Below, one piece after another: positions 46,883 to 54,515 of a stretch of DNA of 64,000 bases; positions within the stretch are counted from its first letter, which is position 1, and each line of letters begins with the position of its first letter. The DNA lies in contig CAZUNO010000004.1 in NCBI GenBank assembly GCA_964621445.1, positions 64,001 through 128,000 of the forward strand, written 5' to 3'. This DNA comes from Candidatus Hadarchaeota archaeon. GTDB taxonomy: Archaea > CAYQAE01 > CAYVLA01. Below the pieces are notes generated by a model. That model was not told where the DNA came from. It worked only from the letters and a program-made list of their open reading frames with translations, and did no database searches. Made by a program: the position numbers and the translations under genes.

Positions 46883-48439
46883 CTATATCTCCTCAAAGCT
46901 GATGTGACCGTAGTGACGGCGCACCTGTTCGGTCATTATCCTGGATATCTTTCTCTCCAGGTCCCTCAGATCCTCTTCCTGAACTTCGCCTGAAACGACC
47001 AGGTTCACATCCCTCTCACGGGTCGGTCTGACCGGTCGCAATACGGGACGAGAAGGTTGTTCTTCCTCTCTCTGAACGGTGGCCTGAGCGGCCGTTGATG
47101 GAGAGGTGGAGACCGGGGGCATTGTGGCCGTCACCGGGGGCCCGGAAACTGCAATATTTGCTAGGGGCCTAAGGTATTCCCTCTGGGTGACCTCGATGTT
47201 CTGGGCCATTTTGGTAAAATGATGTTCTATCTCACTGGCCAGGGCCGTTTCCAGGGAGAGTAATCCAGGTCCTGCCTCCCGCGGCCGAGATACGGGTGAG
47301 GGCCGGGTTTCGGCAGGGGCCCGGAAATCCACGGGAATAACTGGCAGTTGTGTTTCTTGCCCCTCCGATCCAATCTCCTTCAGACTGGATAATTCTCGGC
47401 CTATTTGCCCTTGAAGTCTGGCCATGGCCATGCTTGGCGCCAAAATCTCGGGAACAATGGCCCTGGTTTTATCCTCCTCAGTCTCAGTTCCGGATATATA
47501 CCTTCTTTCTTCCGAGGATGGTTGCTTTGCCGATACATTTCTAGTATCCTCAGGGGGGATTTCGCCCCCCGTTATGCTTATGGGCGAGCCCAGGTCTCCC
47601 TGTAGGCCTGAACCCAGCCTGGTCAGGGGCATCACAAGTTGAGAGGCGGCCACGGTCAGTGGTGAAACCGGGGTCTTCTCGGTGCCTAGCTGTGGCTTTT
47701 TCATTTCTACTTCTTTACCATCGGATTGTTTCCTTTCCGCGGTTTCCCCGTCTGACGCAGGTGTGCCAGGAAAGGCCGGGATTCCGGCCATAACTGTGCT
47801 TGAAATTGCGCCTGCAAGAAGAGCGGCATTGCCTATCTGACGGCCCGCTCGCTCTGCAACGGACAGGGGCTCATTTATGCCCTCCTCCAATTCCATTATG
47901 CTGGATGATACCCGTCTTGTGGCCTGGGATGGTCGTGACTGAGAAACTAGACCTGCCAGTCCCTGCGATCCGGTGATATCTCCGACCTGGAAATCTTTGG
48001 AAGGGGTCTCCTGGACAGCCCCTGGAACGAGGTGTACCATTTGCTGGGCCATGGCTGAGGCTATCTTTCTGGCTACCGAGACCCGGAATAGTAGGGAAAC
48101 GTTTACCCCTCCCATCCTTCCCGTTTGGGTCTTGACATCTTGCTCCATTTGGTCCTGTCGAGACCAGATATCAAGGGGTGGAAGAGGTGCGAAACCAGTC
48201 ATAGACAGCTCCGTCATCCTGTTACCTACGGTTGCCAGACGGGTTATGGCGCCAGTCAAGGTCCTGAAAACCGATGTCAGAAGTCTTTCCATGGATGCCG
48301 CGTACCTGGATGTATCAACACCCATCTCCCATAACCGGTTAACGTAGCGCTGGGTATAGGCAGCTATTCTAATGGGTTTAGAGATGGCTCGATAGGTTTT
48401 TCGTTCATCCAAGGTTTTCCTCCACCTCTTCCTCTTCAT
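46883..48439 (-). CDS. Tape-measure-like protein
   Basis: Syntenic position after the chaperones. Ala-rich helical N-half, Pro/Ser/Thr-rich C-half and terminal helix DLRDLERKISRIMTEQVRRHYG. Confidence 0.6.
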   Translation of the reverse strand: MKRKRWRKTLDERKTYRAISKPIRIAAYTQRYVNRLWEMGVDTSRYAASMERLLTSVFRTLTGAITRLATVGNRMTELSMTGFAPLPPLDIWSRQDQMEQDVKTQTGRMGGVNVSLLFRVSVARKIASAMAQQMVHLVPGAVQETPSKDFQVGDITGSQGLAGLVSQSRPSQATRRVSSSIMELEEGINEPLSVAERAGRQIGNAALLAGAISSTVMAGIPAFPGTPASDGETAERKQSDGKEVEMKKPQLGTEKTPVSPLTVAASQLVMPLTRLGSGLQGDLGSPISITGGEIPPEDTRNVSAKQPSSEERRYISGTETEEDKTRAIVPEILAPSMAMARLQGQIGRELSSLKEIGSEGQETQLPVIPVDFRAPAETRPSPVSRPREAGPGLLSLETALASEIEHHFTKMAQNIEVTQREYLRPLANIAVSGPPVTATMPPVSTSPSTAAQATVQREEEQPSRPVLRPVRPTRERDVNLVVSGEVQEEDLRDLERKISRIMTEQVRRHYGHISFEEI

Positions 48440-48641
48440 CCTCGGAAACCACTATTCTGGTCACTCCTTCAGCCGCCTTTTGGGCCGTTCTCTTCATCTC
48501 ATTTCTGTATGACATAGCGCCGGTGAGGAAGAGAACCTGGTCTCTGGTAAGGTTGGCGGGATTATCGGCCAGTTTGTATCCGCAGTCCAGACATAGGGCT
48601 GCAAGCTCTACGCCCTCGGGACTTTTAACGAACCGTTTCAT
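48405..48641 (-). CDS. Tail assembly chaperone, T-like segment (own ATG or reached by -1 frameshift)
   Basis: 78-aa ORF in the -1 frame of the upstream gene with an ATGA overlap. PANLTRDQVLFL resembles chaperone-T motifs. Confidence 0.7.
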   Translation of the reverse strand: MKRFVKSPEGVELAALCLDCGYKLADNPANLTRDQVLFLTGAMSYRNEMKRTAQKAAEGVTRIVVSEDEEEEVEENLG

Positions 48642-49003
48642 TCGGATTTTTTTTTACGAGCTGCCGATTCGGTCACGCCGCTTAGTTCAAGGACCTTCAT
48701 TCCAATAAACTCCGGTACCCCGAATTTCATTGCGGCAACCTCTCCCTCAGAGAGCTCCGGGTCAACCAGGCCCTTTGAAGCCGCCATTCTGAGTGCTTCA
48801 AGGTTTTTGTGGACGTCAACATTGCCTAAATCCGGGGTTCCATCGTCCTTCAATGGAACGTTTCCAATCAAACCAAATATCTCAGAAAGCTCTCCATCGG
48901 TTAATGGACGTATAGAGACCTCTGCGTTATCGTACTCCTTGATGGTGAGAGTTTTCTTCATTTTTGCGCCCTGTAGAATGGCCTGCTTCGTGAGCCTTGT
49001 CAC
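48638..49003 (-). CDS. Tail assembly chaperone (G-like)
   Basis: About 121 aa directly after the tube gene, with VSIRPLTDGE. GTG start after GGAGG; ends in an A9 run (RKKKSE*). Confidence 0.78.
   Translation of the reverse strand: MTRLTKQAILQGAKMKKTLTIKEYDNAEVSIRPLTDGELSEIFGLIGNVPLKDDGTPDLGNVDVHKNLEALRMAASKGLVDPELSEGEVAAMKFGVPEFIGMKVLELSGVTESAARKKKSE
48647..48655 (-). other. Candidate -1 frameshift slippery site (A9)
   Basis: Minus strand reads CGT AAA AAA AAA TCC GAA TGA; the -1 frame reads TAA AAA AAA ATC CGA ATG AAA CGG. Confidence 0.65.
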
Positions 49004-49008
49004 TTCTA

Positions 49009-49410
49009 CTACTCCTCCCTCATCCTGGTGGCGGTGAATGTGTAGTCGGTGGTGCCCACGCCGTTGGCATCCATTGAGAACACCTTTCCCTCCAGATAGC
49101 ACCTATCGAAGGCCAAGGTCCTCACGGATTGACCTCCCTTCTTGAGTTCTATTACCAGCTGGAATGGCTGGATGTCAGCCACGCCGGTAACCATCATGCT
49201 ATCAAACTTTGGAAAGCTGGAACGCACCTTAAGCGTGCCCTCCACGTACATGGGTCCGTAGTCTATTCCCACCCTTTCGTCAAGGCCTATGTTGTGGACA
49301 TTCTGGCGGTTTCGGACCACCTTGTACTCTATTGCCTGAAGCCCTGGTATGACCTCGCCGTCGACCTTTATGTTACTAACATTTGCGGAAACAACAACTG
49401 GTTCTGGCAT
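49009..49410 (-). CDS. Tail tube protein
   Basis: 133 aa, beta-rich, directly after the sheath, ending DYTFTATRMREE. GGAGGTGA RBS. Confidence 0.85.
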   Translation of the reverse strand: MPEPVVVSANVSNIKVDGEVIPGLQAIEYKVVRNRQNVHNIGLDERVGIDYGPMYVEGTLKVRSSFPKFDSMMVTGVADIQPFQLVIELKKGGQSVRTLAFDRCYLEGKVFSMDANGVGTTDYTFTATRMREE

Positions 49411-49426
49411 CTATAATCACCTCCTC

Positions 49427-50782
49427 CTAGGCTTGAACGGTTATGGTGGCGTAGATATAATCTATGGCCCTAACCGGCCTTACCGCGATGTCCGCCCTAA
49501 CTATGCCCTGGGCGAAATCCTGTTCTGAACAGTACACGTCGACCAGGAAAGGTGGCTCCTCCCCGTCCACGCTGGGCACGATGGCGTCCTCACGTTCCAT
49601 GGTCATGAAGAACTCGGTTAGCTTCTCCCTTAGAGCAGTGCGACCGCCGGGGGTGTTAAGAGTACCGATGAAGTTCTCAGCCACATTCCGGGCTCCCCTA
49701 ACCGCGTGGTCAGCAACTCTGGTGACGCTGATCTGTTCCTTGTCGGTTGAAATGCCCTTCTCCACGATAATTCCTCTTCCCTTTCGGGCCTCCAGGGCCA
49801 GAATACCGGCCTTGAGAAGCTCCTTTAGCTGTGCAGGTGTGTACCTGGTTTCAAGCTCGGATACCCCGGTAATGGACTTGAAGGTCGGGGATTCGTAGTA
49901 GTTCAGCTTGCTTATCAAACCGCCAACGGCACCAGAAACTCCGTAGGGCGCTACAAGAACGAATCGATCGCTGGCCAGGGTCTCGGTTCTCTTTGCGATG
50001 TCCTCCACATCTTCCCCGGGTGCCACGGTCCCAATTCCGATCCTGTTCTTTGCCTCCTGGGCCATGTTCTTGCAGTGGGCATCGATCAGAGCATGTACCT
50101 TGGGGTCCCATGTGTCACAGACGGAAACCATGTCCACATCCTCTTCCATCTCCAACATCTCGAGGGCTGACTCGATATCCTCCATCTTTGGTTGAGCTGT
50201 CTCGCCGCCGGAAAGCTCGTACTCGCCTGGTGCAGGGATTGGACTCTTGGTCTCCTTTCCCTTGCTAAGGTCCTCCGCCGACACCAGTTCGGAGTTTTGG
50301 TTGAGCATTGTGACGATGTAGTTGTCACTGTCCGGATCCATGACCAGATCGTCCCATACCTCGAAGGTAACGCCATTGGTGATCTGTAGCATCACGCTGT
50401 CTTCCGAATTCCCTTCCGATACTCCCACCTTTATGGAGTTACCGGCCTCGCCCGGAACCTTTGATTCAAGGTCCACGAGCTTTGCGTTGTTCTCGTTGGT
50501 GAGGGTCGCTTTCGCGGATTTTGACCCTCCCGCCTCAACTCGCACCGCATATACCTGCGATACACCATTTAGAAAACAGGTGCGAGCATCCTTGGTTAGG
50601 GAATAGGCGGTATCCGCTCCGAACTTACCAGTCAGTTCCCGGTACCCAGTGACTGGTATCGGTTTGAGAAGGGGGCCCTTCTCAGCCGTGCCCACAAGCC
50701 CAACCACCCCGGCTGGATGAAGCTGTTGAGGCACGATCTCCTTTATTACCTGGATTTCAACTCCGGGTAGGATTCTTGCCAA
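49427..50782 (-). CDS. Contractile tail sheath protein
   Basis: ILPGVEIQ, GLVGTAEKGP, FLNGVSQVYAVRV, LSGG, ISVTRVAD and C-terminal VRPVRAIDYIYATITV. Confidence 0.95.
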   Translation of the reverse strand: MARILPGVEIQVIKEIVPQQLHPAGVVGLVGTAEKGPLLKPIPVTGYRELTGKFGADTAYSLTKDARTCFLNGVSQVYAVRVEAGGSKSAKATLTNENNAKLVDLESKVPGEAGNSIKVGVSEGNSEDSVMLQITNGVTFEVWDDLVMDPDSDNYIVTMLNQNSELVSAEDLSKGKETKSPIPAPGEYELSGGETAQPKMEDIESALEMLEMEEDVDMVSVCDTWDPKVHALIDAHCKNMAQEAKNRIGIGTVAPGEDVEDIAKRTETLASDRFVLVAPYGVSGAVGGLISKLNYYESPTFKSITGVSELETRYTPAQLKELLKAGILALEARKGRGIIVEKGISTDKEQISVTRVADHAVRGARNVAENFIGTLNTPGGRTALREKLTEFFMTMEREDAIVPSVDGEEPPFLVDVYCSEQDFAQGIVRADIAVRPVRAIDYIYATITVQA

Positions 50783-50814
50783 TCTAAGTCCTCATTGGCG
50801 ATGTTGTTCGATAT

Positions 50815-50822
50815 TATTTAAA
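50815..50822 (-). promoter_or_regulatory. Putative archaeal TATA box of the tail operon
   Basis: TTTAAATA about 33 nt upstream of the sheath TTG, with a purine-rich stretch 5' of it and GAGG before the start. Confidence 0.6.
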
Positions 50823-50967
50823 GATTGTCTTCGAATTCTGACAAGATTCTCGGTCATTTCGAAGAGTTTGGATACTTTACCAGACATTTAGGAAACCCGG
50901 TGATCTCCATTAGGAAATCCGGAAGATATTAATCCCCCTTAAACATTTTCGATAGCCCAGTGTTAAT

Positions 50968-52488
50968 TTGAAAACCCCTTTTCACGGCATATGCCCGCCA
51001 TTAGAACTTCGCTCAAATATCATGTTTTTCCACGATTGGAGATACGTCCACCATGGATCGACCGTCTGGTTGAGTGAATCGGGGGAGAATCCCGGTTTAT
51101 GGGTACCGGCAAAAACGGAGGACTATCATTGGGCAGGAACCAATATCCCGAGGGGAATAGAGTTGAAGGTGAAGAAAGCCGTCAAATCGGGTCCCATTAT
51201 CGAGCCCGACAAGCCCTGGGAGGGGATGTTACATGCCCCCAGTCTAATTTTTGACCAGGGAAAATATAGACTCTGGTACGAGTCGGTTCCACCGGTCGAT
51301 ATGGAGGCCTTTGATGCCGGAATGACAAACCTGCTGTGCTACGCGGAGTCCGCGGATGCAGAGGAATGGGTCAAGCCAAATCTGGGGGCTATGGGCTACC
51401 AGGGGGCCGAGAATACAAACATAGTCTATGGGGGAGAATTAACCTCCAAGACGGGCTACCACGGGGGAAGCGTGTTCCTGGACCCAGGGTGCGATATAAG
51501 CGAGAGGTTCAAGTTGATACACCTGGGATATCTTTCAAGAGACGACTACGAGTCCTACATGCAAAAAGAGGGGATGGAATCAGACCCCCATAACGAGAAA
51601 AGAGACGAACCTCGGGCCGTTTTTGGCGGCGTTTCCCCTGATGGCATAAACTGGACGCCTCTAGATGAGCCACTAGTTTTACAGATGAGCGACACCCAGA
51701 ATGTAGCCTACTATGATACCCATCTGAGGAGATATGTGGCCTATCTAAGAACCTGGGTGATGGGAAAGCGGTCGATAGGTAGAACCGAGTCCAGGAAGTT
51801 CGGGCGCTTTCCACTTCCCGAAACCTTTCTCTGGCCGGATTTATCGGTAGGTCCCTCCGATCTGTGGTACGCAAATGGAAAAACAACCTATCCTGACGCG
51901 GATGACTACCATCTACTCTTCCCCAAGAAATGGAGGCTGTCCGAGGACCGTTTCTACGTCTACATGTCAACCAGCCCCGATGGAATCATGTGGGGTCCAC
52001 CTAGACCTGTTTTGGAACCGGGTGAGGAGTGGGATTACGGCGGGGTCGATGTAGGCCCAGGAATGGTTAATCTGCCAGGTGAAAGGCTAGGGGTACCATT
52101 CGTGGGATACGAGGTCCCCCACAAGTATCCAAGAAGTGCTCCCCTGGGAAAGATAGCATTAGCCCACTGGGAACGTGGGAGGTTGGTCGGCCTGGAGGCA
52201 AAGGAGAGAGGGAGCTTCAGCACGGTATTGTTGAGATTAAAGGGGCAGGAGGTTCACGTAAATCTAAAAACCAGCAAAACCGGTGAATTCAGGATAGGGA
52301 TCTCGGATAAAAACGGAATCGGAATAGCAGGTAGGACAATAGCAGATTGTGATCCCATTACCGGGAATCATCTCGACAAATTGGTTACATGGCACGGTAG
52401 CTCAAATATCGAGGAGGGGGATGAACACCTTTTGCGCTTCCGGGTAGTTATGGACCAGGCCGAACTTTTTGCCCTACGGTTCATCTAG
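50968..52488 (+). CDS. Five-bladed beta-propeller glycoside-hydrolase-like protein (GH32/43/130-like)
   Basis: Repeated Asp-box-like SxDGxxW motifs (SADAEEW, SPDGINW, SPDGIMW), SDTQN and a C-terminal beta-sandwich. Confidence 0.7.
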   Translation: MKTPFHGICPPLELRSNIMFFHDWRYVHHGSTVWLSESGENPGLWVPAKTEDYHWAGTNIPRGIELKVKKAVKSGPIIEPDKPWEGMLHAPSLIFDQGKYRLWYESVPPVDMEAFDAGMTNLLCYAESADAEEWVKPNLGAMGYQGAENTNIVYGGELTSKTGYHGGSVFLDPGCDISERFKLIHLGYLSRDDYESYMQKEGMESDPHNEKRDEPRAVFGGVSPDGINWTPLDEPLVLQMSDTQNVAYYDTHLRRYVAYLRTWVMGKRSIGRTESRKFGRFPLPETFLWPDLSVGPSDLWYANGKTTYPDADDYHLLFPKKWRLSEDRFYVYMSTSPDGIMWGPPRPVLEPGEEWDYGGVDVGPGMVNLPGERLGVPFVGYEVPHKYPRSAPLGKIALAHWERGRLVGLEAKERGSFSTVLLRLKGQEVHVNLKTSKTGEFRIGISDKNGIGIAGRTIADCDPITGNHLDKLVTWHGSSNIEEGDEHLLRFRVVMDQAELFALRFI

Positions 52489-53320
52489 AATCACCCGATG
52501 GGTCACCTTTCGCTTGATATTTAAGTTCCCAAAGGAATTTCCATGCTGCCAGAGGGGAGGGAACCTGCTGAGCTCATCAAACGGAATAATTCGGGTAAGC
52601 GATCTGGTAAAGAAATATGGTGAGGTCGCTGCACTGAAGGGATTAGATCTAGAGGTGTTTTCGGGGGAGCTCTATGGGTTTCTTGGTCCCAATGGAGCCG
52701 GTAAGACGACCACCATAAACGTCCTGACTGGTCTGACGGTACCCACAAGCGGTGAGGTAATTCTCGATGGGTTCCATATGCCCGAGGAGTCAGGCGATGT
52801 AAAGAGGGATATAGGCCTCTGCCCCCAGATAACCGCCGTATATGACTACCTAACGGGAAGAGAAAATGTTGAATTTTTTGGTGGACTCCAGGGTATGGAG
52901 GAGAGCCAGATTTCCTCCCGGACCAAACTCCTGTTAAGAAGCCTGGGCCTGGAGGGCGATGCGGACAGGCGAGTCGGGGAATACAGCGGGGGCATGAAGC
53001 GCCGAATAAACCTGGCCATGGGATTGGTTCATGGCCCCAAGATGGTATTTCTGGATGAACCCACGGTCGGCATGGACCCACAGTCCAGACATGCAGTCTG
53101 GGACTTCCTAATGGAACTGAAGGAGAGCCGTAAGACCCTCATACTTACCACTCATTACATGGAGGAGGCAGAAATCCTCTGTGACAGGGTGGGCATAATC
53201 GATCACGGTAGATTGATTGGTCTGGGGTCGCCGGAGGAGCTCATGAAAGACCATGACGCCCAGAATCTGGAAGAGGTCTTTCTCGATCTGACCGGCAGGA
53301 CCATAAGGGAGGAGATGTAG
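52469..53320 (+). CDS. ABC transporter ATP-binding protein
   Basis: GPNGAGKTT, YSGGMKRR, FLDEPT and TTH. The true start is probably near 52565 (CTG after GAGGGGAGG). Confidence 0.93.
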   Translation: MPYGSSRITRWVTFRLIFKFPKEFPCCQRGGNLLSSSNGIIRVSDLVKKYGEVAALKGLDLEVFSGELYGFLGPNGAGKTTTINVLTGLTVPTSGEVILDGFHMPEESGDVKRDIGLCPQITAVYDYLTGRENVEFFGGLQGMEESQISSRTKLLLRSLGLEGDADRRVGEYSGGMKRRINLAMGLVHGPKMVFLDEPTVGMDPQSRHAVWDFLMELKESRKTLILTTHYMEEAEILCDRVGIIDHGRLIGLGSPEELMKDHDAQNLEEVFLDLTGRTIREEM

Positions 53321-54481
53321 TTGAGGTTTCAAAGAATCCTGGCCCTTTTCATGAAGGAGATAAGGAGAATGACCAGGGACCCGGGGGCTCTCTTTCTGCT
53401 GGTGCTTTTCCCCATGATCTTGACCCTGGTGTTCGGCCTATCATTCGGCAAGATAGGGGGTGGAGAGGAGAACAAGTACACATTGGCGCTGGTGAACGAG
53501 GGGGACATGGGAGATAAATGGGTTGGATTCTTCCAGAGCAACCTGAGTGAGACCGGGCTTTTCGAAATCGAGAACTACGAGCAGGAGAATTCGGCCAGAA
53601 GCGAGCTAGAACAGGGGAGGATAGACTCCATAGTAGTTCTACCCCAAGGTTTTGGGGAGGCCTGCGAGTCCTTCAGGAGGGCTCCTGAAGACCCGTCCAG
53701 CTGGTCGAACGTGACCCTGGGTCTTTATGTGGATAGTGGGTCCCTCGTTGCCAGCCAGGCCATACCTCCGCTTATAGAAAGTATGATTGAATTAATCCTA
53801 ATAGGTGATGTTATTGATGAGCCCAGGATACCCGTAAACCTGGGAGCTCCTTCGATGATCGAAGGCAGGGAAACCAGCACCTTCGATTACTTTGTTCCGG
53901 GGCTATTCTCTTATGCCGCCATTTTTCTAATAATGAGCGTCGGGCAGTCGTTCACGATTGACCGGGAGAATGGATTGCTTAGAAGGATCAGGACAACCCC
54001 AACCAGTTCGATTGAATTCATGTCGGGACATGCTCTTTCGAATATGGTCGTGGCAATCATCCAGGTAACCGTAATATTTGCCATGGCCTTTGTCATAGGT
54101 TACAGACCCCTTGGCGGCGTGCCGGCGCTGCTCATGGCCTTTCTAACTGTGATAATCTTCTCCCTTTGCTGCGTAGGTTTCGGACTTATCACTGCAACCC
54201 TGGCCAAATCGCCGGGTTCGGCAACCGGTATAGCATTCGTGTTCATACTACCCCAAATGTTCCTAGGGACGTTCGTGGGGCTAGTTCTAAGCCCGGCCAT
54301 GAAAAGGATCGCCAGACTGGTTCCCAGCTGATACGTCACCGATAGTCTCACCACGTTATTTATCAGAGGGGCCTCGGTGTTTAGCCCCAGCGTTATTCTT
54401 GACCTATTGATAATAGCGGCATGGAGCATCGTAGTGCTATCAATAGGAATAGTGGCCTTCGAAAGGTACGGAAAAGACTGA
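53321..54481 (+). pseudogene. ABC-2 permease with in-frame TGA
   Basis: TGA at 54329-54331. The frame continues YVTDSLTTLFIRGA...WSIVVLSIGIVAFERYGKD* to 54481, supplying the last TM helix. Confidence 0.8.
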
Positions 54482-54515
54482 AAAGCCATTCAATTGTGGA
54501 TAAAGTGATCATAAT

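Larger units (their letters stand above)
37691..50822. other. Capsid-less contractile injection system / tailocin-like locus
   Basis: Sheath-tube-baseplate-spike-PAAR set in two convergent units. No head, packaging, integrase or lysis genes in the window. Confidence 0.88.

Noticed and set aside
40313-50782. Canonical proteobacterial T6SS
   Set aside because: Single-gene sheath, split hub and spike, chaperone and tape-measure-like genes present, and no TssJLM, TssK, TssA or ClpV.
37691-50822. Intact prophage/provirus
   Set aside because: No capsid, portal, terminase, integrase, replication gene or att-like repeat was seen, and both flanks are cellular genes.
19055-54331. Stop-codon reassignment (Pyl/Sec/alternative code) to explain the internal TAG and TGA
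   Set aside because: Many intact genes here end at TAG or TGA. The TAG lies in a doubly frameshifted gene and the TGA is not at a catalytic Cys-like position.
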